This document shows positions 49,668 to 59,885 of a stretch of 64,000 bases of DNA, piece by piece. The DNA lies in assembly GCA_010909165.1 (NCBI GenBank), contig MU008151.1:248001-312000 (forward strand). Reading direction: 5' to 3'. The notes beneath the pieces were generated by a model. It was not told where the DNA came from. It did no database searches and saw only the letters and a program-made list of their open reading frames with translations. Numbering within the stretch: the stretch's first letter is position 1; each line of letters begins with the position of its first letter. The stretch comes from Anthoceros angustus (Eukaryota > Plantae > Anthocerotophyta). A program made the position numbers and the translations under genes.

Positions 49668-50082
49668 CACCACCTCCGGATTGAGACCGACCGTTGGCTC
49701 AAGCCTACCCCTCCCCAAGACGATAGGATCTGCAAACTTTGCTCCTTGGATCACGAATCGAATCACACTTCCTCTTTATTGTCCCGCCTATGCGATATTC
49801 GGTCTCGTTACTCTCTTCTTTTGAATGTGCTTCTCACGCAGATTTTTCTCTTTCCACATTCCTAGGCTCTCTGGACTATGTCTCTCGAGCTTCTTGATCT
49901 TGGCGGTCCTTGTTGGACTCCTAGTAGTCTTTGCCTTCTTTTACGCTTCCCTCACAGTGTAACTGCTTCTAGTTCGACGACGTAAGTGTACTCGGTTTTA
50001 AACCTCTTTTCTGTACTATCTCTGTCCCATGATGGTTCTTCCATCCTTAGTGGACATAAATAAAGTTGTTGTTGTTGTTGTT

Positions 50083-50137
50083 TGGGAAAAAGGTTTAGTA
50101 ATGAATAGGTTCGGGGTTCAAAACCCATATCTTTTTT
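50083..50137 (+). promoter_or_regulatory. 3' half (B box and T-run) of the tRNA-like unit split by the LINE
   Basis: TGGGAAAAAGGTTTAGTAATGAATAGGTTCGGGGTTCAAAACCCATATCTTTTTT contains B-box-like GGTTCAAAACC followed by a T6 terminator. Confidence 0.6.
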
Positions 50138-50874
50138 AAAACTCAACTTTGTTGATTTTAAGGATGCTTGCATGGGCGCATGGGCAACTAACTTTGTTCA
50201 TTTTAAGGACGCTGGCATTGCCTTAAAGCCCAAGTGGTTGCATTGAGTGCGGAAGGTTGAAGACTCATTGGCGACCTTTTGGATGAGGGTCAAGAAACCC
50301 TAGATGTTGTGTGGCGGTCCACACCGTCGGATGGTGGGCCGGGAATGATACTATTGAAGACGAGCAAGCAATGGAGGAGAACGATAACTTTGAGGCGGAC
50401 GATATGGACCGCATCCGAGTATGGCGTGGTTCTTGACTCGATTCAGTAGGCATGGATGAGTCGCCAGCCGCACTCTTCAATGACTATTGTCGATGCCGAT
50501 GACCACTCCCTCCTTTAGCGGATGTTTGTTGCAATGTTCTTACAACGATTAAAATGAGACTCCCTCCTGCAGATTGTTTTTCATTGTGTTCCACCACTTC
50601 AAAGTAAAAGTTTTCGGTTGTAATAAACATATAAAATGGCAGCCCTCTAAACATTCTACAAAAGCTAGACGGGCCCGCACCCTCATGCTCCAGTTCTAGG
50701 GTGTTCACTTGAAAGTGCGTCTTTTATCACCGGTATGACCTCGAAAGGGTGTGTGCATTATCAAAGTAGGGCACATATGCTGTTCTAGGTAAGGTGTTCT
50801 TCGTGACAAGGGGGTGCTGTGGCGACCGAAGGGGGTTACTATATTCCCCCCCTTAAAAAATTATCGTGTTATAT

Positions 50875-51205
50875 GTACTCCTTGCGTGGTCCTCTAATGC
50901 ACTCTTCTGAAAGTTCTGACTGCCAACTTTTACCCAAGCTTGAGTCGCAGCCTTAGCTTGTCCCACTACACCATGACCATGTTTTTCACAAACAACACAA
51001 ACATTCGATTCTCTCCATTGATTGAGCGCAACTCCACCCAATGAAATGCAACCTTCCATTCTTCCTTGAAGACTCTTGCCTTTTGCACCTTTTGTCTTTT
51101 TTGACTCGGTTGGCTTGTTTGGCTATTGTCGCAGCTCCTTGTTTGGTCATCACGTGAAGCCCCTCCGAAAAACCCGAATGCTGAACTTTGAGAAAAATGA
51201 GCCAT
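50875..51205 (-). pseudogene. hAT transposase N-terminus (TTF-type zinc-finger-like)
   Basis: KRQKVQKARVFKEEWKVAFHWVE..RMF, then CVVC..WVKVGSQNFQKSALEDHARST. Confidence 0.8.
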
Positions 51206-53768
51206 CTTTACCTGCAAATTTTTTTAAAAAATTAATATAGTAAATGAAGAGCCAAAAAACAAAGCTTTAAAAGAGAAGAGCTTAAAAAGAGATGAGCTCA
51301 AACAAAAATGAACTCTAAACCTAAAGAACTCAAAAAGAGATGAGCTCTAAAAAAGAAGAGCCCTTACCAAGAAAGAACAACAAGGAGCAAGGAAGAAGGA
51401 TAAGAAGCAAGAAAGAAGAATAAGAAGTACACCACAATGAGGAGAGCAACAATGAGTGATGCTCCAAATGCTAGTGTTGTGGCCTTATGTACTCTTGAAG
51501 GGTGTCTATTCAGAGCATGATAGAATAAGAGTCCTATGTACGCCTATGGTTGAGATACCATATCTTAGTCATCTTCATGGATGAGCGTGCATATCAACAA
51601 ATTATTGTATACATTAATAACTACATTCAAAGCAAAATATTACATATCTACTTTTTATAGATGTATCAAAATAAGCTAATAAAATCTCATAGAATAAAGG
51701 TCAGACATAGGCCATGGATGGTATTAGATAAATAAAGACATAGCCCATAGATCCATGGTAAGTGTCTTTATGACCATACCAATTATAAGATGGATCCATG
51801 TGTCCATAATAAAAATAAATCCTGGATGTAAAATTAAATAATTTACTAATTTTAAACTGGACCTTTTATGAACCCTCGGTCCCCTATTTTTTCGGGGAAA
51901 AATAGGGGACCGAGGGTGGGGACTTCGAAGAACCTCCGTCCCATGTTTTTACACATGGACCGGTACGAGATTGGGACGGGGTCAAATGACACCTCGTCAA
52001 CCCGTTCCGTCCTTGTCGTTCTCGCCTGCTGCCGCCAGCCCATTCCGCCCGTCCGCTCGCTCACCGCCCATCCCTTCCGTCCCGCCGTTCTCGCCTGCTG
52101 CCGCCAGCCCATTCCGTCCCGCCGTTCTTGCTCCGTTCGAACGGACACCGGTCCCGAGCCGTCATAAATAAAATGAGCACAACTTTTAAATGATGCGTTT
52201 ATTGCAATTTCCTCACTGGGCAGCCTTGTCATAAGTAGGTTAGAATTGTCTTTCCCTTGTATTATATTTCCTCATATATTCCTTTCTTCCGTAATAGTCC
52301 TTGAAGCATCTTGAATTACATGCAATTCAAGAATCTTGGAAGCAGGGCCTTGGAATTCTCATATTTCCTTTATGTTTCATGAATTTGCGCACGGTGCTAA
52401 GGATGGCCACTTCCACTCTTGGGATTTTGCAGGCTCTTGAGGAGCACTTGCCCAGGCATCTAACACTATCTGGATGTTGTGATCGCTTGACTAATTTTGC
52501 ATCTGCTCTGCCATACTTATGGTCTCTCGTGACGCGGGAGTACAGTCGGGGCAACCCGGTCCCGCCCTTCGCTTCCCTTACCCAGCCCGCTCTTCATAAA
52601 GAAAAACCAAACCTTTTCCTTCTCCAGACTGCTCTACAATGAAGGGCAATGAAGCCTCTATGTACTTCTTTCTCTTTGTGTTGAGTACTTGATATTTTCT
52701 TCATATTATACTTATTATTATCTAGTATTATTTTACTATTTTTGATATATGGATCCTGTCACTTACTTAGTGCTTCACACTACGTTGTATGCCAAAGCTT
52801 CTCATCCTTTACATCTTGGAGATATAGAGGATATGAGCTCCTTGATAGTGTCATGTATGCACTCTTCGCAATGTTATTCACACCTTTTGGTGGTGCTCTT
52901 GTGGAGACAATGGGAACGTGTATCTCCCGTATTTGGTGGAAGGCACCATCTACAACATGATTTTGGGAAGAGCTTCACATACAAGCCCAATTGGCACTTG
53001 GAGGGCCCCGAAAGACGTGATGAGCACTAGCATAGAGAATATCAAATATCCTACCCAACTTTTACGGTCCTTGTTCACCAATTGCAACCCTTCCTAGTAC
53101 ACACTTCACCAAGAATGCCAATATAATGTAAAAAGGGTGTTGCTATGGTGTTGCATAGGTTGGGTAGAGGTCTACCTTCACTCATTATTGCTTCCAAGTA
53201 TGGTGTTGGTGCTTCTCTAGCTGGAATTTTGTGACCTCATGTCTTGGAGCCACCGAGAAGACACAGGAGGTCAAGGCTACCCGACGGGGCATGGTTGAGC
53301 TCTAAGTCGAAGTGGAAGCTTTTCCGTGAAATCCAAAACCACCTGGTGTCGATGTTTGCTACCCGGTGGGGTTTGTGCTTGATTTTTTTTGTCTGTGCTC
53401 GATTGGCCGCCTAGTGTGGGCTATGCCTGTTGGTGCTCTAGTGTTGGCAGTCTTTGTCTACCCTTGTCGTACTCTGTTGGTCTGTAACAACATATTCATT
53501 TATAAAGCTTTGTATAGTTCCTCTAAAAATAAAAATATTATGTTAAATAAAACAATTGCTATGAGCCACACCTTACACATACTTATGAAGACGCAACCAG
53601 CCTCGAATCGCTCCTCAAGATGGGGACGGTATTCTCCTCTAATGACCGCAACTGCACTGGTTATGCAACCGGAACCCACGATCCTTAATGTGAGCAGGTT
53701 TGGGCCTTTCGTTACTACCACGTCACGCAAGGCTGGTGATGACTTCACGACGCAGTAGTGTCCTGCAT

Positions 53769-54186
53769 CAGGGTATCATTTTGACCCCGTCCCAAGTTCG
53801 GTCCCGGTCCCGGCATGTGTTAAAAAAAACGTGGGACCAGAGGTTCTTCAGGAGTCCGGTCCCCACCCTCGGTCCCCTATTACCCTTCGGGACCGAGGGT
53901 TCATAAAAGGTCCGGTTCAAAATTAGTAAATTACTTAATTTTATGTCCAAAGATTTATATTTATTATGGACACATGGACCCATCTAATGGAGTCAATGCA
54001 GCCAATCATGGACTCCGCAGTCTGCAGTCTTTTATATTATTATTTATAAATTATTTATTTAATATTTATTATATTTAGTGACCAAGGCTCACAAAAAGGC
54101 GCGGTCCCTCCTCGGTCCGGGACCGAGCGTAGCCAGGCTAGGCGGTCTCGGGGACTGAGATAGTACTCGGTCAAAATGACACCCTA
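53769..54186 (+). mobile_element. hAT-derived MITE (418 bp), same family as 30410-51994
   Basis: TIRs CAGGGTATCATTTTGACC and GGTCAAAATGACACCCTA. TSD TCCTGCAT/CCCTGCAT. Its two halves match the two ends of the large hAT. Confidence 0.92.
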
Positions 54187-55847
54187 CCCTGCATCCCAAT
54201 GTGTGACTCCCAGAGTGCGCCGGCCAACGACGCCCGGATTGGAGTAGATAACAAGCCGCGTTCTCAACTTCTCAACCCGGCGTGGACTACCTTTCAAGCT
54301 GGCACCTTCAACTTGCCGGCGAGCTCGCGATCGGGCGTCTTGCATCCACCTACGTCACCGTGGCACTCACCTCCTCTCGGCCTCTGCAGCAAGGTGAGAA
54401 CCACAATTTGTCACATCTGTCGGCGGGAATTGCTGGAACGCGAGGACAGGTGCGGAAGGGAGGACGGGGTGGAGCGGTGGCGAGCTGCAGATTGCAATTG
54501 CAATCTGTAGCTTCCTTCACCCCCCTTCCACCCGCACCTCCTCCTCGCCACCGCTTGCCGGGCTGGGAAGCTTGTGCAGACTCTGAGGAGAAGCAGAATT
54601 GCCAGAAGCTGGATTTGATTATTACAATTGTTCCAGCTGCATTCGGTTCCAAGAAGTTTCAGATTGCTTTGCTGTCAGAGCTCTGACTTGTTTGCGGATA
54701 CGTCCATCACCTCCAGTCAGCTTTAGCGGCGCAGATGAGGTGAGAACCACCGAGTCGGGATCGTTTGATTGCGTGACTGAGAGTAAGCCCTGGTGAGGTT
54801 GCGAATTTGTCCGCTTGGTTTAGGTTACAATTTTAAGCAGGATGATGCAATAAACTTGAAATTGCAGCCACAATTACACGATTATGAGCCGAGCCTCTTG
54901 ACCTGCAGTGTCTGGCATGCTTAGGTTTACCACTGGCTGAAATTTGAGCCTGCCGTGCGTGACGACAGTGTTTTAGTTTTGGTTCAAAGTCTGGTTGTAA
55001 TCCTGAGATCCAGCTGCTCATCGTCACCGCAGTGTCCGTCGAGTTGCTTTAGCTCACTCAGTGTGGCTGAAATTTCAACTGATGAGAATCGGGACTGAGC
55101 TCCGACTCCGTTTTCAAGGATTCAACGCACTGTCAGTTTAGAGCTTTCTTTCCTCCATTGCACTTGGAGTTGCAGGCACCAGGACTGCTTCCAGCACAGA
55201 GCGTGTGACATGGCTTCCGGAATATCAAGAACGCCTTCAACGGACTCAGACGCGGCAGTACCGCATGAGATTATACAGGGCGAGTATGCGGATAGCAGTG
55301 CAGCAATGATCCGCTCAAGTTTCACCTGCGCACGGCCTTATTCCGCATGGACGGGGTTCACGGGAACACAGTCCGCGTGCAGTCAAGGCAGAACAGCTTC
55401 ACAGATGTCCGCAATATGCAGCTGGAGGCAGAGAAGGAGGTTACCTACCTGATCGGTGGTGGTGAGGAAGGGGAGACCCACACCGCGCTGATTGATTATG
55501 CCACGGAGCCGGCACCCCCACGGCGAGGACTCCCGGAGCGCGGCAGAGGCGTTTGCGGCGATCTGGTAGCAGTGAGAGACGGAAGTCGTCGACAGAGCAG
55601 GAAGGAGTCCGCTTCGAACAACCAGACCTGCTGAAATTGCTGGAAGGACGTACCGAGAGTGTGGAGAGCTCCCATGCCGAGATCTCAGGCAGTCTGGAAG
55701 CTCAAGGAAAGAAGTTGCGAGAATTCGAAAGTAGCATCGGTACAGTTGAGTGGAAGCCAGCATCAAAACGATACAGCGCTCAGCCTCAAGAGTGTGCAGG
55801 CATCAGCAAAAGGACAAAAGCAAGCAAACCTGCACAGCTCCTTCTAA

Positions 55848-55990
55848 AACGTAGAACGCGTTGGTAGCAGCTCCGTCACAGCTGGCTGGGTTGAACGTCT
55901 CGATCTTTGCCTAGTCAGTCATCACTGCTGAGAGCAGCATCAAGACACAGAGAACGTTGCGGACGAGGACGATCGCTTCGCCATGGCCAT
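55848..55990 (-). pseudogene. Truncated copy of the MiAMP1-like peptide gene
   Basis: MAMAK start, in-frame ATG ACT GAC TAG, then KIETFNPASCDGAATNAFY fused by deletion to the 3' flank. Confidence 0.85.
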
Positions 55991-56533
55991 GGTCGCTGAA
56001 GCCTGAGTGGAGTAATTGTGCTGCCTGAGGAATTGTAAGTGGAGTTGTCGATTTCGAAGATAAACTGAGAGGAGAAACAGAAGACTCACAAGTCTGGAGT
56101 GTGGATTGCAGTTGTGGAAAAGCTTAAGGCTTGCTGGTGCCGGGCTCATCAGCAGGCATGTGTGGAAGGCATCCGGAAGGAAGGAGGGAAGGGCGTAGAC
56201 TGATCACGACTTTCAACGGATTCGTGGAATAATCCTGGTAGAAGTTGAGCCTTGGGCTGGCCATGGTTCGTCACGAGCCTTGACCGTGACCATGAAGACC
56301 AGGAAGACTTGAGTTTCATGTGTGCCAGAGTGCAACCTTATCTGGGTTAGGTACCACGGTACTACCAACCACCCAAGTACAGTCTGTATCAAGTACGTAT
56401 GTACATAGCACGTTTGATCTCCGATTTGCAGAACAATTGGCTTCCGCAGGGGCTTGATCCATCTGAAGAGATCGGAGATTTTCTGCTTGCTCTGCCGGCT
56501 GTCATGGCTTTTGTTGCCACTTCTTGACCATAA

Positions 56534-56870
56534 ATAAGTCTCGTGTTTTAGATTTCTCTGCTTGCCCTTTCACATCTTGTGTTTCAGCTTTGTCTGCTTG
56601 CTAAGTCACATCTTGTGTTTCAAGTTTCTCTGCTTGCTAGGTCACATCTTGTGTTTCAAATTTCTCTGCTTGCTAAGTCAGATCTTGTGTTTCAGGTTTC
56701 TCTGCTTGCTTGCAAAGTCGCATCTTGTGTTTCAGATTTCTCTGCTTGCTAAGTCTCATCTTTTGTTTCAGATTTCCCTGCTTGCTTTCTAAGTCTCATC
56801 TTTTGTTTCAGATTTCCCTGCTTGCTTGCTAAGTCACATATTTTGTTTCAGGTTTTTGTTTGCTTGCTAA
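56534..56870. repeat. Minisatellite with a unit of about 36 bp
   Basis: ctaagtcacatcttgtgtttcagatttctctgcttg, about 9 copies. Confidence 0.93.
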
Positions 56871-56907
56871 AATGCCTCCTGTCACCAACGCGGCAGGGAA
56901 TCAATCC

Positions 56908-56978
56908 TGGGATGCGGGGAGTGATCACCGAACCTCTCGCATGGTAAGAGAGCGCTCTACCATCTCAACCACATCCCC
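56908..56978 (-). pseudogene. Degenerate tRNA-Ala pseudogene, uninterrupted paralogue of 27503-27628
   Basis: - strand GGGGATGTGGTTGAGATGGTAGAGCGCTCTCTTACCATGCGAGAGGTTCGGTGATCACTCCCCGCATCCCA. It shares the flank ccaacgcgg..cagggaatcaa with the 27.4-kb locus. Confidence 0.8.
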
Positions 56979-57203
56979 TATTTGCTCAAAGGAATAACTC
57001 AGGCTTTGTCAATCTTGAGCCGTGGCCAAAACTGGCCAGGGTGAACTCGGAGCACCCTAATTAATTTTGAAGGAAAGTTCTCAATGAGTGATCAGGCTTA
57101 AAGCAACTTGGCAAGTCAATTGGCCCTGGGAAGGGTCACTCCATCAGCGCGCCCTGCCAAAGTGAGCTTGAGGATCGAATTCACACCCCTTCAAATGCGT
57201 GTC

Positions 57204-57408
57204 CAAATGGCTTAGGCCAAATGCACACACATTTATAAGAACTTAGTTATTAAGCATCCTGCGCTGGGATCGGTACTGGGGTCCCTAAAGAGAATGGATG
57301 CCCTTGGTGCAAGTACAGTACATAGTTTAGGCATACCATGGTACAAGTTGTGAAGTACCAAGTCCCTTGACGGAAATCCGTCCTTAGTGGACTTAAGTAA
57401 AATTCTTC
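57204..57408 (+). mobile_element. Second-family retroposon copy, paralogue of 16112-16318
   Basis: tggcttaggccaaatg..cacacatttataagaac..ggatgcccttggtgcaagta..gtccttagtggac..aaaattcttc. Confidence 0.7.
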
Positions 57409-57550
57409 ACACAAAGCGGGTTTGCGGCCCTAGGCCCTGCGTCACGCGAGCGTCACGCGATGGCATAAATACGGCCCTAGGCCCTGCGTGACGCGATGGC
57501 ATAAATACAAAAGATTGAGTTGGTGCGCAGAAGTGCATTCGAAGGTGAAA

Positions 57551-57617
57551 CGAGATCGGGATTTGAACCCGAGTTGCATTTGGCTTAAGCCCCAGCACCA
57601 ACCCGCCCATCCGGACA
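57551..57617 (-). pseudogene. tRNA-like remnant (Leu-like) or SINE head
   Basis: GTCCGGATGGGCGGGTTGGT..CTTAAG..TCGGGTTCAAATCCCGA has a good T-arm and B box but a weak remainder. Confidence 0.4.
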
Positions 57618-58502
57618 TGTTGAAACAGTAGCGTCCCTACAACGTATTTATTCCTTCCCTGCCAGCTTGGCCTGCAGTAAACTTTCAAGCAGCCGATGCA
57701 CCCCGTGCCCGCTACGGTTGCTGGCGATGGCCGATCCGCCCGATTCGGCCGGCAGGATGGTTTTCTGCCCCAGGCCAGCCTGATTCCAGTCGTGGCAATC
57801 AAGCCACCCTTGGCACCCATCACCCTGATTACGATCGAGCCGAGGCAATCACTCCATCGTCACCGGGGAAAGCCTGATTGCCATCCCAGGATGGGCGGGC
57901 CATTATCAAGCAAGCATTGCGGACTGACCATCCAGGCCGCATCGATCAGGCCAGCCTAATCCCAGCAGGGCAGCGGCCGAGACAACAACTCTGCGAGGCA
58001 CGACTTCTAAGCTTGCGGCTTTTCTGCCAAAAGACACTGTTTCACACTGTTTTTGCTTGTTGAGTGTTTCTCACACTGAACGAGTTGCCTCCGAAACTGG
58101 GAAGGGAAGCACATGTAGAGATGGCATTAAACAGAAAGTATTTATCTATTAGAAGCACATTTTTGCGGAGGTACACTTAATTTATTCTCATATATGTACT
58201 TATTATACATCTACGCCAAATGCTTGATGCTTGATCTCGTTGGTATCCCCATTGCTGCCGATCTGACGTGATGGCCAGTGTGTCACCTCATCCGATTCGT
58301 GCCTGCACAAAACGGTACAGCGCTCAGCCTTAAAGAATGTCAGACATCACCAAAAGAACCAAAGCCAGCAAACCAACGCTCCTTAGAAAACGCAGGAGCT
58401 TGAAGAAGTACACGCAATTCTGATGGATAAACAAGCTTCACTGAAGACTCAGGAGCCACACCTCATGCATACTTATGAAGAATTGCAACATGTGACTGTT
58501 TT

Positions 58503-58835
58503 TCAACCCTGAATCCAGACGGCCCGCAGCTTGGTCGCCCCTTGCACCACACACCCTGGTCCGTAAATCTGTGCAACGCTACTGTAGCCTTCGCAGTTCT
58601 GCTGGTTGTGGATGGACACGCGGGTGCCGCCGTCGATTTCACTGATCCGCACAGCGCCCTGGTCGATAAACGTCTGGCAGGTGTTCCCGCCCACGTAGAA
58701 CGTGTTGGTGGGAGATCCGTCACAGCTGGCCGGGTTGAACGTCTCGATCTTTGCCGCGTCAGTCATTACTACTGAAAGCAACAGCAAGACGCAGACAACG
58801 TTGTTGCTGACGAGGACGAGCTTCGCCATGGCCAT
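58503..58835 (-). CDS. Small secreted Cys-rich protein (110 aa), MiAMP1/beta-gamma-crystallin-like antimicrobial peptide candidate
   Basis: Signal peptide MAMAKLVLVSNNVVCVLLLLSVVMTDA. The mature domain of about 82 aa has 4 Cys, two similar halves (TFNPASCDG and IHNQQNCEG) and a C-terminal RAVWIQG resembling MiAMP1 KSIFIQC. TATA-like TTTATAA near 59030 on the - strand. Confidence 0.85.
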   Translation of the reverse strand: MAMAKLVLVSNNVVCVLLLLSVVMTDAAKIETFNPASCDGSPTNTFYVGGNTCQTFIDQGAVRISEIDGGTRVSIHNQQNCEGYSSVAQIYGPGCVVQGATKLRAVWIQG

Positions 58836-59719
58836 GGTCGCTGAAGCGGGAGCCCTGAATGACTGGCAAATCCGAATTGTAAGTGGCGCTGTCGAGCTCG
58901 CAAGTAAGCTGAGAGCGGAAACACTGCGGAATTGTAAGTGGAGCTGTTGAGCTCGCAAACTCGTAAGCTGAGAGCAGGAACAGAAGTCTGAATTGCAGTT
59001 GTGGGAAAAGCTTGCTGGTTCCCGGGCCTTATAAAGGGGCGTTAGCGGAAGGTACCGCGAAGGAAGGAAGGAGGCGTGTAGACTCACGCTTTCAACGGAT
59101 TCGCGGTAGCAGTAAGGTCCTTCGGCAGGCTCCGCATGGCACGTCACGAGCCTTGACCCCATTCAAGTTTGTGCTCTGCAGATGACTGACGTGCCGTGCA
59201 CCTTGTGGCCCAGTTACAAACTGACAGGCCAAATGGTGAAGTCCACTTGAATTACGCCTACACACTTGGGCGCTTGGGGCCTATTCGCTTTGGCCTTCAT
59301 GTGGAAGATTTTCACAACCTTCGTCACCACGTAGCATATTATCCGGCTGCCGTCGCACTCTCTTGGGAGTCGGACTCCAATCGTCGTCGTCACACCGTGT
59401 GACCGTAAACGACGCAAGTCTTTAGCCCTCCGACAAGGAGATATCGTAACACCACTTGGAACACCTGAAGTTTTCCCTTACCAATTTACATTATTTTTAT
59501 TTTTTTTACTCATATTTGACAATTGATATATGTACCTCATCGTGGGGTGCACATACACCAGAGGACATTAAGAACTTCACAGTTAAGCAATGTAGGGGCA
59601 GATCAATGCTGGGATGGGGAATTATCCTTTCACAATCTTTTAGCCCGGTTGAGCAAATTTATTCTGGTAATAGTCGTCTCGGTCTACCTTGGCGCGCCGA
59701 TCTCCCTCGTGTGTGGTCA

Positions 59720-59885
59720 TCGCGTGAGACTCTCTGAAACATATATACATACCTCCCTAAATGTTACCCCGCGAGACTCTCTGAAAAATACATACATACC
59801 TCGCAAAATGTTACCCCGTGAGACTCTCTGACCTCGCTAAATGTTACCCCGTGAGACTCTCTGACCTCGCTAAATGTTACCCCAT
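59720..59885. repeat. Short tandem repeat, 33-47-bp units
   Basis: gtgagactctctga..cctcgctaaatgttacccc, 4 copies. Confidence 0.85.

Larger units (their letters stand above)
32942..50082 (+). mobile_element. Apparently full-length LINE (GC-rich 5' UTR, ORF1, APE-RT-CCHC ORF2, AATAAA-(GTT)n tail), interrupted by a copia and a CACTA-like element
   Basis: APE motifs TASWNCNG (about 43430), ILLVGDFNA (about 43840) and LDYVI. RT motif CFVDFKRAFN (about 45950). C-terminal FRVSSH|HLRIETDRW..RICKLC..HFLF..CP. Tail at 50059-50082. Confidence 0.9.
31823..50870. mobile_element. Unclassified TIR element inserted in the hAT transposase
   Basis: Ends AACATGATAATTTTTGAAGGGGTGAATA and TATTCCCCCCCTTAAAAAATTATCGTGTT, flanked by ATAT on both sides (31819-22 and 50871-74). 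Removing it restores the transposase reading ALEDHARST-YHLASL. Confidence 0.85.
30410..51994 (-). mobile_element. hAT DNA transposon, expanded to about 21.6 kb by nested insertions
   Basis: TIR CAGGGTGTCATTTTGACC at 30410 and GGTCAAATGACACCT ending at 51994. Flanks CGTCCAAC (30402-30409) and CGTCAAC (51995-52001) fit an 8-bp TSD with a 1-bp homopolymer loss. Confidence 0.88.

Noticed and set aside
53500-53760. Fourth MiAMP1-like gene
   Set aside because: It shares a short 3'-flank motif (gagccacacct..catacttatgaag) with the peptide genes, but the ORF lacks the Cys pattern.
30410-54186. One 23.8-kb element with inverted repeats of about 155 bp
   Set aside because: The flanks do not form a TSD. 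The two repeats are the same end of two separate elements, each with its own partner TIR and TSD.
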